Shown piece after piece: positions 37,728-51,565 of a DNA stretch of 64,000 nucleotides. The notes beneath the pieces were generated by a model, which worked only from the letters and a program-made list of their open reading frames with translations, made no database searches and was not told where the DNA came from. Source of the stretch: Phoronis australis (Eukaryota > Animalia > Phoronida). Numbering within the stretch: position 1 is the first letter of the stretch; each line of letters starts with the position of its first letter. Position numbers and translations under genes: made by a program. The stretch is from positions 62,001-126,000 of the forward strand of contig NMRA01000583.1 of assembly GCA_002633005.1 (NCBI GenBank), read 5' to 3'.

Positions 37728-38190
37728 ATGGCTGATGGTGAACCACCGCTTTCTTCTGTAAGCCAGGATTTGGGTGACCTCAATCTAGAAGCCAATGATT
37801 CCGAGTCTCCCAGAGAAGATGCAAGTAATAACGACATTCAGTATCAAGACTATCACGCACATGAAGAGAGTTTCTCAACCTCAGGGTGCGAGTTGGAGCA
37901 GCAAGATGAATTTCACGGACTTGGCAGTGGTCCATTGGAACTCTCGGCTGAACTTACTGGTCGTCTTAGCAGGAGTTCTAGTGTAGAGTTTGATGTTTCA
38001 CAGCCAGTGTCTTTGGATAGACTTCCTCCCGAGTTGTTCTTGCGTGTCTGTGATTTTTTAGAGGCCAAAACGGTGATAAAGGTGCTTAGTCTAGTATGTA
38101 GATATTTCCGGGAAATTATTCAAGAGGACATCACTTGGAAAATACGGATATCAAACAGATTACTAGGGAAGGTGTACCCACCAGTACCAG
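37728..38190 (+). CDS. FBXW9: FBXW9 coding exon 1 (acidic N-terminus plus F-box, LDRLPPELFLRVCDFL...)
   Basis: Within ORF 37728-38270. ATG directly follows a ttctag acceptor; donor at 38191; YPPV motif typical of FBXW9/MEC-15. Confidence 0.9.
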
Positions 38191-38633
38191 GTAGATTTCT
38201 CACTGTTTACTCAATTGTAAGATCTTGCTTTAAGGGATGGCAAATTCCTTTTGATGAAATTTCACCTTAAAGAGATATTTGTGTCAGTCCATGAACTTTC
38301 TTCATTGTTTTTCCAAGCGATGGGTGCTTTTAATGTCAGATGTCTTTTTACAGGCTGATCTATGAAAAAAATCAACAGTTTCATTTCTCTGTCAGTTGCT
38401 TGATCTTCTTAAAGTAACGTTGAACCCATTTGCTTACTAAATCCCGTATATCTGGACACTGATTAACAAATTTCTTGAAAGAGTAAACAAAAATCGAAAA
38501 CTAGTAACGTCTCGCATCAAATAAGCCTTTAATGCCAACTAAACCTGTTCTAGGAGCATATCCAATTGACCCCATTTTCTCGACTCGTCCTTTAGATGTT
38601 ACCCAATGTATGTAATGTTGTAGTATTTTACAG

Positions 38634-38770
38634 TTCATGACTTCCCATTCAACTGGAAGCGTGCTTGTATACAACTGGAAGGGGACCAGAGTCGGTGGTC
38701 AGGTGAACAGGATCACTTCAGGCTGTCTTATGGACTGTATGCCTCAGTAGACTGTGTGCACCTAATGAGG
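38634..38770 (+). CDS. FBXW9: FBXW9 exon 2, HDFPFNWKRACIQLEGDQSRW...ASVDCVHLMR
   Basis: 137 nt by manual translation; resembles FBXW9 FDWPAACIALE...ASVDSV. Confidence 0.9.
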
Positions 38771-41104
38771 GTAGGTACTGAACAAGACATAAGAAAATTC
38801 CAATTTCTGCGTCATGATGGTCAATTCCGCCAATTCCTTGGCGAGTAGTTCCTACTGAAAACGATGGGTATTAAGCATCAGTCTTTCAATGTTGCCACAG
38901 ACGTCCCATTATGTTGAGTTACGGAGCATGTTGACCCAATTTCTAATGCATATAGTACAATACACTGTCAACAAATTGATTATCATATTTCATAACAGTA
39001 TGTTTCCCAAGTACAGAGATTTTTGATGTCACAGTGACAACTGAAAATTTCAGTGTCCTTTCAATTATTGAAAGTTTTGTTTTCAATAGCTCTTAGCATA
39101 CTGCAGTTGTAGTAGTAGTTCATTTATTCCATGTCACATGAAATGCAAAACGATTAATCCAATATTGAATCAGGGAAGGTCCTGTGAAAGACTTCACAGC
39201 CTGTTGACCCCAGGGCCACCAACTGTGTTTAATGCCTGCGTACAATGCGGTAACCGCAAAATCACAATCACAATCATGGAAAAAATGATAACCAATTTGC
39301 AAAATACATGCAACACACTGAATATTAAATAAATGCAGTTCTGCATATGCTCAGAATTTCTGATGAATAATTTAATTTGAGGATGAGCAAAAAGAGCAGA
39401 CAACAAATAGTAAATAAGTTCAAAGCAACGGACTGAACGAATCTCGGCTAACATTTTGATATATTTCGTTCATCTTGCCTTTTATAGAAACAATATCATA
39501 CACATGCGTGTATTAAGCTGTGTAATCCCACTGCATGTTCATGTAAAATGGAGATCTGTGACAACTGAACGAACGTGAAATATTGAGGTTTTTGGAAATC
39601 TCAATTTTCGTGTCTGCTGGCGTTGTGGACAATGGAACCGGTATTACCATTATAGGTGATGTGAAATTAGCCACAATCAGTTTTTTAAACACTGTAAATA
39701 CATTTATAGTACATCTGCAGGTGTCAGTTTGATGCAACTTGTGATAGGAAGGGCAACTCTAAAGTGTGATAGTGTGGCAGTAGGCAACTTAATTACGATG
39801 TATCAGTCGTCTTGTGTTTGTCACGCAGTGCATCCATTAAAGAAAACATAAGGTTCGCTTAAGATTGATTAGATTCGAACAACAGTATTAAGGTGAATAG
39901 CTATCCACTTTATTTTAATTACCCATCATGACAGATGGCTGCCATGACTGTCAAGTCCACGTACACTCATCTGTCACAGCGTGGAATTCTCTTTGCGCTC
40001 AGTTGTCAAGATGCGGAATAAACGGTCATTTGGTCTGTTTTCTTTTGGCTTGTACTGTTTGACACGCATAATGTCTGGGGATATCATGCTGACTATGCTG
40101 GGTTTCAGTGACCTTGTTGAAGAATATACTAAAGATAAAATAATTGCTGGTGGTCTGGTACACGTTGTACCAGACGTGCGCATGCCGCTCGGATGGGCCC
40201 ATTGCACTGATCACCTGTTATCATTTCTATTCTTTATTAATATATATATTTAGACCGAGCTGAGGAGTTAGAGACATGACTCAAGGGTCTAGCAGTGTGG
40301 TCCAGTGAGACTCAAACCCACAACCTTGTGTCATGATGTGGACACAGTAGACCCAGGTTGATTTATGTAGGCTGTCGGACATTAGCTTGTACTCGCGGAG
40401 AAAAATTTTTACTCATGGAATGGAAACACTGAATTTAGTAGGCTGCGTAATTCAGTACAATGTGTCAAAATGCAAATTTCAATTGTATTTTTTTATTTCT
40501 TTTGTAATCGGGACATCTGGAAATTCACAATACTTTTCGGTATGAAAAATCATGTCGAAAATGTACTATTTTGTACCTTGTGCCACTCATATTTGTTACA
40601 TGGCACAAGTGAAGAAACCTGACATAAGGGAAATCAAATAACTGACTGGAGAAGTAGCCTTTGTCCCATGGGAAGTGGGTTTTTGAAAGCTTTTTACAGC
40701 TAATTAAAATGCTACCTTGGCTAATTCTATATTGAAGTGAAATCACCATTGCCAAATCTACACATACTTTTAACTAATAGTTGGTCAGAAAAAGCTTGAG
40801 ACTGTTGAGAAATATCATTTTATTTGGGAATGCTTTATAAGTTTCTGCTGTCGTTGGTGATGGATGGAAGAGTACAGAATTTTGCTCGTAGATTAATGTG
40901 AGTTGGCCAAAATCTCAATTTGGATTTCTAAGTTTCAGGCTACTAATGCAACCTGCTACTCATTATGTCAAGCCTTGCCAAAGATTTGACTCTTATGTGC
41001 CTTATTTAAAACATAATCCCAGCTTTTGTTACATACCAATGGCTACATGTTCACCTGCTTCACTGTGTGTTTAACTTGAAATGAGATCATGTGCATTTTT
41101 GTAG

Positions 41105-41233
41105 GATGCTACATTACTGGCCTCTGGATCTCGTGACCGGAATTTAAACATCTGGGACCTGACCAAGTTAGACCCCAGTGACCCGTCGTCGACCAAGTCC
41201 TGCTTGCTACATACTGCTACGAAGGCTCACAAG
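41105..41233 (+). CDS. FBXW9: FBXW9 exon 3, DATLLASGSRDRNLNIWDL...AHK
   Basis: 129 nt; WD40 repeat. Confidence 0.92.
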
Positions 41234-41536
41234 GTGTCTCTAGTTGTTGGCAATTTTAATTCCATCTTGCATAGATTTTGCGTGGGACGGAAATATACTG
41301 TGACTGTCCTTAACGAAAGTCAAGCCATAATAATGTTAGTTTTCTTAGCCTAAAAAAGTCCTTCATTGGGATAAAAAATCTACTCCATGTCCTGCTGTGC
41401 CTTGACCATACAAAAGAGCCTGACATATTCTTTTTGCATAAAATTGATATGGAGTGTTTCCTTTTTGAAAACGCAGTGGTCCGAATGTGTTCAACATTGT
41501 GATGTTCAACTCTTGAGTGTTGTCATTTTGTTTAAG

Positions 41537-41649
41537 GGATGGATATGGAGTCTGTGTTCCCTTGGCGATTCACTGTGCACGGGATCATGGGATATGTGGA
41601 TCAAGATGTGGGACGTGAATGATAGTGTGCAAGAAGTATCACGAGTAAA
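41537..41649 (+). CDS. FBXW9: FBXW9 exon 4, GWIWSLCSLGDSLCTGSWDMWIKMWDV...
   Basis: 113 nt; WD40 repeat. Confidence 0.92.
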
Positions 41650-42668
41650 GTAAGTGACATAATTTACAAAACCTCGAGCGAGTGTGCTTGTAGGATTGTG
41701 AAAGTGAAAATAGTTTGCTTGTTAACATATAGTACAAATCAAATCTTATTCCTCAAACTAACGCCTAGCCGTCGTGGTGTCAACTTTGTGGGGGAAAAAT
41801 ACCCATCATTCAGGAGTCGTTCCGTCAAAATTCCATCTGTATTATCGCTTCTGGTAATTTCAGTTACTGCATAATAGACCATTGCACTAGCGCAGAAAGA
41901 AAGTTGGCCTACTTAATGCCTATTTTAGTGTGTTACAATTTTATTATATGAAGGATGACAAAAATGACTGCATATTTTGTCTGAGTTAGGCGGAATAATG
42001 GTGGAATGAGGGGTCATTTTGAGTGGTAAGATAGGATTTGTAGGGTAATTATGTATTTTGGTACGCTCTTCTGTTACTCAAATTATAATGGGAAAAACTG
42101 CATCAGTGTAATTTGACTGTATTGGAAAGTATGTTTAGTGTCCACTTCGAAGTGGTCTAGTGCTCAGCTCTTGGGTTCACGAGGTCATGTTACTGTAAGT
42201 CGCGCAGTCGTCTGCACAGTGGTGGTCCATGAAATAGTTTAATATTTTGTAAAATGTTTTGAATTTATTCTTTCTCTTTGTGCTTGTTTATCTTTTCCGG
42301 TAGATACTGGATAAGGTGTATCCAGTCTGGTGTGTCCAGGTGTGTAATTCATCTATTAGTCTATAGCATGCTTTTATCAGCTACAATCATTTTTCGTCAT
42401 TCTTTCTCCGTATATTGTTGATATACATAGCAGGTACAACAAGCACATGGTGAAACCATCTTAGCGCGTTTGTTCATGACCACTATTTGTGAGACAAGAA
42501 TGGCAAGCTATTGTTTTTTTATGTCCTCTCAGTACCTGATTGGATGAAATTATTAGCTTGATTGACGTGTTGGAACTATTCAACATCAAACATGCTTTTG
42601 ACTTAATATACGCCAAAGCATCCTTCATTGTCTGTGAAACATTGTCAACTGACATGACTCTATTCTAG

Positions 42669-42906
42669 GTGCAAGTCAGCCGTATTGAGTATGCACTATG
42701 AGCAAAGTCAGATACTAGCAGGCGGTTTTGATTCCAAGGTCTACTTCATTGACCCTCGTACGTCTCAGATTTTGGACATCAAGAAGTTACACAAGAAGCC
42801 AGTCTTGTGTCTGGCCGCTGATGATCAGTACATAGTGACCGGTGGAGAGGACGCACGCCTCTGTATATTTGACCGGCGAGCACACAAGCTACTCAAGAAC
42901 CAGTCT
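42669..42906 (+). CDS. FBXW9: FBXW9 exon 5, CKSAVLSMHY...HKKPVLCLAADDQYIVTGGED...DRRA
   Basis: 238 nt; WD40 repeats. Confidence 0.92.
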
Positions 42907-43002
42907 GTAAGTCAAGCTTGGGTGGAACTTAATTAATTAGTCTGTTGTTAGTTCACATGCATTCTGACAGAAATAAACACAATCTGCAGTTACACTGAAG
43001 GT

Positions 43003-43470
43003 CTGGGCTCGGGGTTGAATCTCTGTGCTCGGGGTGTAAGGTTTGTACTCTCAGTCAAATTGGAAATTTTTAATAACATTTTCCTTTCTACTTTTAGTAC
43101 AAAGATAAAGTGTTAGGTGTAGGTGGTTTAGGTTGTTAAATGTCTTGTCCAAGTTCGCAATTAATCACCCCTAGATTTGCGCTACAAATTTGAGTATGCG
43201 GTTCAGATTTTGAATAAAAGCTCGGAATTTTGAGTTCAGATTCAAACTGGTGGCTTTAATACTGTGGTCAGCAAGGATAAGACAAGTCTCCATGTATACC
43301 ATAGAGTACTGTGGTCAGCAAGGATAAGACAAGTCTCCATGTATACCATAGAATACTCTGACACAGAGTAATAGACATATCTTGAGTTTGTACAAAAGTT
43401 ATGGAAAACGGAAAAAATACTTCTGAGTTCAATTTTGAGTAATTTAAAAAAGATTAGAACCCGAGGCCAG
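43003..43470. mobile_element. MITE in an FBXW9 intron with an internal tandem duplication of about 47 bp
   Basis: Inverted ends CTGGGCTCGGG/CCCGAGGCCAG; related to 48186-48590. Confidence 0.6.
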
Positions 43471-43758
43471 GACTAGTGTGGGGTTTCTATGCAACAAGGA
43501 TTGTTGTCTATTTCAACCCATTCCACAATACACTGCCCAGATGGATGTGTTTTGTGTTTTCTACGAGATTGCTTCTTAAAGCCATTGTTTGAACTTAGTA
43601 ACCACTTAACTTGACCTGCAAGCATGTGAGAAAGATGAGTAAATCTTACGATGCACCCCAGCAGGTGTGCTGTCAACCACTTGGTGTATCATAAGGTTGA
43701 GGCTATATCCTTTAATTGTTACCAGTAGCTACAGCATACGTGTTGGTCTACTTTCCAG

Positions 43759-43872
43759 CTATCTGAATACCCTATGTCGTTGTCTTATGGAGAGAGACAA
43801 GTCTGGGTTGGTGATAAAGCGGGCTGTTTACACTTGTTAGATGGTTCCTATGGCAACTTTGACAAAGTACAG
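43759..43872 (+). CDS. FBXW9: FBXW9 exon 6, LSEYPMSLSYGERQVWVGDKAGCLHLL...
   Basis: 114 nt by manual translation. Confidence 0.9.
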
Positions 43873-44324
43873 GTATGTTTTTTTTGCATGGCAACAATAA
43901 TTATATTCACAATTGTCTCCTGAAAAATAGATTTAATTCAGTCACTTGTGAAGTCATCCCACATCACACTTCTTGCTTGCAGCCCTCATAAGAGCAGTTT
44001 GCATTCTCAGTCATATTCTGGTGATTGTGTCATTATCCGTGTCCTGTTATAGACCCAACACTCCTCATGTGGTTCAGTTGTCTATTGTTAAGTTTCGGAT
44101 GCCTATTTACATAGGTGATATAAAGAGGGCACTTTCTTCAACTCATTCTATCAATATTTCTCGTGTGCACATTGATGCACATTTACGTACGTGCCAGTTA
44201 AGCTGCTATGCAGTCGGCGATGAGTTTGGTGTCTGGTGTAATCTTTGCTGCATTTTCTGGCCAAAATTCTCCATTAGTCAAAGAAAAGGTTACAGTCATT
44301 GATATTTCTTTCCTTTGTCTTCAG

Positions 44325-44486
44325 ACAAACATAAACGTTGGTCACTCTGGTAAAGTCACTGGTGTTCATCACTCACTGGGCTCCGTAATTACGTGCTCCA
44401 CCGACAAGTCAATCAAGGTGTTGACCCCCACTCTTGACCCCCAGGAGGTCCTGACCTTGCCACTTCATCTGGCTGAGGTTGCAGGG
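44325..44486 (+). CDS. FBXW9: FBXW9 exon 7, TNINVGHSGKVTGVHHSLGSVITCSTDKSIKVLTPTLDP...
   Basis: 162 nt. Confidence 0.92.
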
Positions 44487-44734
44487 GTGAGTTGTGTCAC
44501 GTGCACTGTTTTGAAATGGATTTTGTCAGATTTGGTGCGTTTGCTATAACCATGTCTATAACGGTGATAAGTGTGTGCAGGTAACTTTCTAATATTATTG
44601 AGATTCTAAAAGCAAGAGTCCTGTGTTGTTTATGAGCTTGGCCTTCAAACTATTAGTTTGATACTCTTTTACTCTAGTATTTAGTTTTTATCATCGTCCT
44701 CTATCATTTACTATTGACAACACTGTCTTTCCAG

Positions 44735-44833
44735 ATTGATGTAGATAACAATGTGTTGGCCAGTGCCTGCAGCAGTGGTTCTATAGAAATAAGGAGACCA
44801 GCAGCAACAAAGGTCGTGGAAGTGTACAGCTGA
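44735..44833 (+). CDS. FBXW9: FBXW9 last exon, IDVDNNVLASACSSGSIEIRRPAATKVVEVYS*
   Basis: 99 nt ending TGA. Total CDS is 1455 nt (484 aa), with phases consistent across all exons. Confidence 0.88.
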   Translation: MDVDNNVLASACSSGSIEIRRPAATKVVEVYS

Positions 44834-47800
44834 CTGAGAGAGGGATTAGTACGGTGACATGATGCTTCTTTGTGAACACCCTGATATCCAGTACTGTGTG
44901 GTACAATGACCTTAGGTCTGTCACACATTCAAATAGTGTCTTACAAGACACTTGCACCAGTTGATCTTACACAGTGAGAAATGGTAGGTACTCTTAGTAT
45001 TGACATACTGTTTTCTCTCATAATTCAACTTTCTGGCATAGCTGAATAATCACTAAGTAGCTTTTATTTTTGCAGCGTGTGTTAGTTATTGTACAAGCTG
45101 GGCGGAAACAGGCAAAATATCATTTTCGCATCATGACGGTCAGTTCCGTCTGCAGATTCGTTTCTTCTTAATTCTGGTTGCAAATGATGGGTTGTGACGC
45201 ACCATGACTCTTCATAATGGCTATAATCTCTTATCACAATCTTGCGATATTGTCGTAATGGTCTGTTATGTAGAGTAACTGAGCACGTTGACCTGATATT
45301 CAGTGTGCGCACATACAATGTATTAAAGTGCATGATGTTGACAATTTGCTGATTACTGTACTAAGATTTTTGATGACACAGTGAGAGAACCACAAAAGAT
45401 TTCTGACCTACCGTTGTTAGTTTTACCTCGGTATAAGTTTGGTACCTGCATACACATCGTTCGTCGCAAAATCACAATCGTGAACAATCAATTTGTAAAA
45501 CATCTGCTTGGGCTTATTGTTTGCCTGAAGAGGGCGTTCTTGTTTTCGCAAACATTTTTATGCAGTCATACACTTTGCAAGCACCACCACCCTAAACGAT
45601 TAACTCACGCTGCCTAAATGCATTATACATGGGGCATCGAAACCTGACATTGATGTACTAAAGTGTGCATTTCGAATGTGGATAATAATACTAGGCATTG
45701 TCATGCCATACCAAATTCAAGGAACAAAACATCAAATATTAGTACAATTCTTCATACCCTCAAAATTACTGAAAAATAAGGATTGGTGGAATGGACTGAC
45801 ATCGAATAATGAATATGTTTAAAGCAGCCGACCCAACAAACCTCTGTGTCAAAATATTCCCATGTGCTAGGCAGCAATCTTAAATAATATTGTTTTTTGT
45901 AAAATTTTCGACATCTTGCTCTTGAATATAGTATCATAATGTATGTGTTTAAAAAACTATGCAATCCCACTTTATGTTGCTGCAAAATGGAGACTGTGAC
46001 TGATGAAGTTGTTACGTGAAATTCAGCCGATATCATTTTTATAAATTACAACCACATGCACAGTAATCTGATGCAATTTCTAATAGAAAAAGTGACATTC
46101 ACGTGTAGCAATATGGCAGTATGTCTGCAAGTGCCATACGGTGCATCTTTTAAAGATATCACAGCGTTCGTTTACTACGAATGGTTAGATCCAGACTGCA
46201 GGAAGCTCTCCACTTTAGTTCAATTGCCTGTCATGACAGATGGATACTATGACTGTCAATTCCACTTAAAGTTAATGGTTATAGTGTGGAATTGTGCTTG
46301 CGCTCACTTGTGATGAGGCGGAATACCGTGTCATTTTGTCCTGTGTTCTTTTGGCCTGTACAGTATGTCACAAGCTTACTGAAAAACACTAGCGAGACGT
46401 TGAATTACTATAGATAACCTCACTAAGCTCACAAGATAATATCTTGACTGCATGCACCACCTGACATTTCCACAGCCTATGAGAAACATGGCAGTTAGCT
46501 GACAAGTACTCCCCAGAAATCACAAAGTCTGACTTATTTTAGAGAGTTTTATTTTTGACTGTTTTTGTTCTACTTTTGATACATTCTCAAGATAAATGTT
46601 TCATATTATGTGCTTGGCCATATTATGGCTTGCCCAGATTACTTTTACTTTGAGGCAATGTTCGGTGACCCCTTGGAGCTACAGAGTTGAGTTCAAAATT
46701 TAGATTTTGAGTTCATACTCAACCTAATAGCTTTAATGTTATGGTCATCAAGTGCAAATTAGGATGTGACACCCATCCACCTGAACACAGTCCTATGTTG
46801 AGCTTGTTGTAAATTAGAAAAGAAAAAAGTCAATAGTACTAGTTTTGAATTCGACCAGTTGATTTCTCTGGGTAAGGTGAAATCTCACCGAGTGGACTAA
46901 ATACATGAGATGACGTCGCCGTTTCCTATTAGAATTCTGTACCAACATGAAAAGCAAAGAGTTGCAAAATCAGAGCATGCACTTCTATATTTTTTTCTCA
47001 AATGAAGTAAACAAAAGTGACGACTATATCGTGGAGTGTCAGTACTGATAACTCAGTACAAAGCACAGTTTTTGCTGTACTATGAAATAAAATAGAAATC
47101 CACCAGATTGGAATGATGTTTTGGTTTCTATTATTTTGTATTTTACTTTTGAAATTGTTTACATTGTGCTGGTGATATTTTTAATTTAATTTAATTCTGC
47201 AAAGTTTTATGTTGGCAATAAAGTTTATTTACACGATAGGCCATTCATTCTTTTATCAACAGCTCGACATCTCATGGCGCTAACAAAGTCTGGTTGGGTC
47301 ACATCACACTGGGCGGAGGAGCAGTTCGAATCGGAAAAGTTGTAAAAAAGAAAATTTATTTCTTTAGCGTTAACAGCATGATTTTCAATATTCCTTTGGT
47401 CGTAAGTGGAAAACGGAAACATCGTCAGCTCTTCGTTACCGGCGAATCCCTGTTGTTCTTGATTTACCTAGAGTTTTTTTTGGGGGGGGGTACTGAACAC
47501 GGCCGTAGGAAACAAAAAAAAAAACGCAAAGCACGAAACATGAAAATAAAAACGGCTAATATTTTAGTATCTTTGAAAATACTGATACCTTGGGCCGGTA
47601 TTGGTAGCGGTCGACGTGGGCCCGATGTACAGTATCGAAATCACCAAAAATTAAGAATATTTAGCTAATAATTGAGTTTATAGTTATGGTTGAAATACAA
47701 CAAATAATAAGCCAGGAACAGTGTTTTCAAGACCAAACTACGATTTTTAAAAAAGCATTCCGCACGAAAAACCGTGAAATAATTTTAGGCACCGGAATGG

Positions 47801-48185
47801 AGATCGAAAAATTCCTTGGCCCCTCGATTTAATCCTGCAACGTGTCTTACTTTCGACAAAATGTCGATGGCATAAAAGTGTCATTTCATCAGTAAATGGC
47901 CATTCACAGACTGCCGTTTTACGTTTAGCTTTGTGAGAAATAACGGTAGCACGAACTGGAAGTTAGCAATAGGCTCCCCGGGTGCGGTGTGGCCCGAACA
48001 AGTAAAACGGATGGAACTCCGCGTAACGGCTTGTAACACTGACGTGGGAATGGGTGCGATGCATTATTACCTTCCTTTCAAGTGGTTACATTATGAATTC
48101 TCTCAAACAAATCCAACGTGTCAGTATCGTGAACTCTCCGTTTAGGGGCAGAAGCGTGCACGCCGTGACCTGAAATTTGCTAAAT

Positions 48186-48590
48186 CAGGGCCCGGTCTCC
48201 AATCTTTTTACTCGAAATGGAATTCGAAATTAGGTTTGGCATTTTCTACTCTACTTTTGGGCGAACTCAAGATAACTGTCTTTTATTCTATGCTCGAGTA
48301 CACAATAACTTACGTAGATAATTTATTGCCCTTAGTTCACAGTTTGTAAACCCAATATTAAAGCAATAAGTTCGAGTTTGAACTCGAAATTTCGAGTTTT
48401 TACTCGAGTTTGTAACACGAATATAAGAGTCTTCAAGGGCAAATTTGAACTAGAAACTCATGCATAAACTATAATGTATTCGAGCACAGTCTGATAACCA
48501 ATTATCTTAAGTTCGCACAAAAGGAGCAGAGAAATTGCCAAAAACAATTTCGAGTTCGTTTTGAGTACAAAGATTAGAGACCGGGCCCTG
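48186..48590. mobile_element. Palindromic MITE (TIR CAGGGCCCGGTCTC)
   Basis: Clear TIRs and internal symmetry; TSD not evident. Confidence 0.75.
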
Positions 48591-49035
48591 GTCTGGAGCA
48601 ACCGTGAATGAACTGTCACTTCTTCCGAAACCAGAGATTACTCGTAAACTGAGTAATTTGGGGAATGAGATGAAACTATCTTAGCCTGGTTATTGGCCAA
48701 AATCAAAAGTAAACTTGTTTTGACAAAAAATGCGGGTTTAATGCCGCTTTGTCACATAGGTAATCTTCCAAAACATATGTTAAAATTCAGACTGAGCTGC
48801 TGCCCGACTCAAGATTTTGCCGTACGAGCAAGTTTTTTTGGGGGGGCAAGCCTAACAGATACCAGTGTCGGCAAAAACTTGTCTGTATTGGAAACAGGAA
48901 AGACATGTCGAAAAATTGTCAACAAGATTTCTGTTTGTATAGGGAATTTCAATGATTACTAGCTGTGCATGTCACCCCCGACGTCATGGCTTAGGGCAAG
49001 ATAATGTTAGTGTTCTTTTCGCCCACATAGGCGAG

Positions 49036-49902
49036 ATACACAAAACGTACCGAGAGTGGCGTACGTGAAGTACATGTAATATCCCACGAGACATTATTCA
49101 ACGTATCGACCGTTGTCGAGTGGGATATCACTTCATGTATGCCCATCGAGTTACGTTTTATATTTATCCCGCACGCTTCGAATTCTTGAGTTTTCAGTTT
49201 TTCATTTTTCGGCAGATTTTTTAAATACTTCACTCAGGCTGTTCACGTGGCGGGTCCTATATGTATGAACTTGCGCGGTAGGTTGCAAGTTTTCTGTAGT
49301 AAAAGAAACAGTTTTAAATGTAACGATTTATTACTTGAAAAGAGATAACAAAGATGAAAACAACGGTAACTGTGCATTGTACTTGTAAATCTCCTGAAAA
49401 TAGTTAAATAACAACAATGAATATTTGATATTGCAGTATAATAGTATCGTCTGCAACTCAGGCGCCGATTCCTCGTAACTACAATATTAAACATTGTTGT
49501 CATTTAACTCTTTTCAGGAGATGTTACAAGTTCAATGCAAAGTTATCATTGTTTTCATCTTTGTTATTCCTTTTCAAGAAACAAATCGTTACATTTAAAA
49601 CTGTTTCTTTTACTAGCGAAAATTTGCAGCCTAAGGCGCCCAAGTACATACATATAGGATGTGACGTTTACAGTCAGAGTGAAGTACCGGTATTTAAAAA
49701 ATCTGAGGAAAAATGAAAGAAACTTAGGAATTCAACGCGTATGGGATAAATACAAAACGTACCTCGATTGGCGTACATGAAGTGATATCCCATTCGACAT
49801 TAGTCCGCGTATCGACCTCCACCTTCGATCTCGGTCGATACGCGGAATAATGTCTCGTGGAATATTACTTCATGTACGCCACTCTCGGTATATTTTATGT
49901 AT
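49036..49902. mobile_element. Foldback element of about 870 bp
   Basis: Inverted arms of about 400 bp; a further fragment lies at about 50420-50515. Confidence 0.75.
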
Positions 49903-50984
49903 TTATACTGCTGCAACTGTGTTACTTTAAACTGCATTCGGAAAGTTTGGTGATCAAACCGGCTAAAGACATCGAGTCGACATTGACCTACCTTTTGAAC
50001 TTTCCATTTCAGGGGTCACTGTTGAAGTAGTGCGGGAGGTGAATATGGGAAGCATTATTACGTGCCCGTATTGCACTCGACAGATTCATTGCGTATGGGA
50101 TAAAATGGCATATAGTACGTCAAAGTGGTTCGGGTTGTTTCGACGGTGCAGATCATTAGCTGTTTATTTTACAGATTCCTCCGTCAGACCGGTCCCCAGG
50201 AGTGGTGTGTTCAGTGTGTGTGAAACATTTTTGCTCTCCCTCTCCCACTGCACTCTCTCTGTCTGCTCAAGAGAGCCACCGTTAACTGGATTTCCCCACA
50301 TCCGATTTGTCGAGACGTCCAATCAATGCAGTACCAAATCAAACCGCCTTTTCCTTCAATGTCAAAACATTAGTTTATAGTCGGCTGTTCTTGAGGATTA
50401 TAGAAAATAAATTTCTTTTCACAAGTGATATCCCACCTTCGGTCTCGGTCGATACGCAGAACAATGTCGAGTGGATATTACTTCATGTCCGCCACTCTCG
50501 GTGCGTTTTGTGTACAGCGCTGCAGAACTTGAGATATTTCTTGTTGTTTTTCTCCACCAACCCACCATATAACGCGCCCGCGACCACACTCCTAAATAAT
50601 TTAGCACATTTCAACGCGTAGAAATGTACTCGTTTAAGAACCCTTTAGCCCTTCATATTTAAGAAACTTGTAAACTAAGTCTTTTTAATCAGTTACTACA
50701 TCATAAGAAGAAGGCAGTCGAACTACCAACGCACATTCGCAATATAAAGCGTGTATAACTTGTTTGTAACTCCATCCTGTTCATGACGAAAACATTCATG
50801 GGATTATTGTTTATTTTTGTAATAGATTCTTCTACATGTTTCATCGGAAAAAAAATTCAATTTTAAGTTAACGTCTGAGTTATCCGTATCAATCGATAAC
50901 GTTTTCATTGGTTAATTCGTATGTAGTGGCTCCAAAACTCAAACCCTTTATGTCATGACAAAATCTCAATAAAATGACCATGGA

Positions 50985-51565
50985 AATAACTTCGTCTTTA
51001 AATTTCGTTCGTTGCAAAATCCAATGTAACTTCGTCTTTAAATTTGATTCGGTATAAAATTCAATGGCGCTGCTTTAAATCGAAAAACTGTTATGTCTCG
51101 GAAAAAATACCATTAAATGAGAGAAATGAGAAACGATTCAACGAGTTGTCAAAACAAACATTACGTCAGTATGATAAAATCAACTACCGCTTCAAATTAA
51201 ATACAATGTACAAGAGAATTATTATGGCTTTAGATTAATGAAATTGAGGTGTCAGTGATAGCCACTAACAGGCGCCTCAAAATTTGAGAACCAGGGGAGA
51301 CAACTGCTTCTCAAGATCCGTGATCTCTCTACTTGACTATTGTCTGGAAAGTAGCAATCGCAGTTTTAAAGTAACTAAGAAAGTATCCGGTGTAAACTTC
51401 TATCAAATTCATTTGGGGAAAATCCAGTAGTACCTCGTCTATAAAATTCATTTGATGTAAAATTCAATAGACAGTACTTCGTATATCAAATTAAATCGGT
51501 GTAAAATCCAATAATGCTTCGTCTATGAAATTTGTTCGCACGGTGTAAAATCTAATACTTCGGTT
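50985..51565. repeat. Degenerate tandem repeats of about 30-40 bp (ACTTCGTCTTTAAATT / GGTGTAAAATCCAAT)
   Basis: Recurrent motifs in two clusters. Confidence 0.5.
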
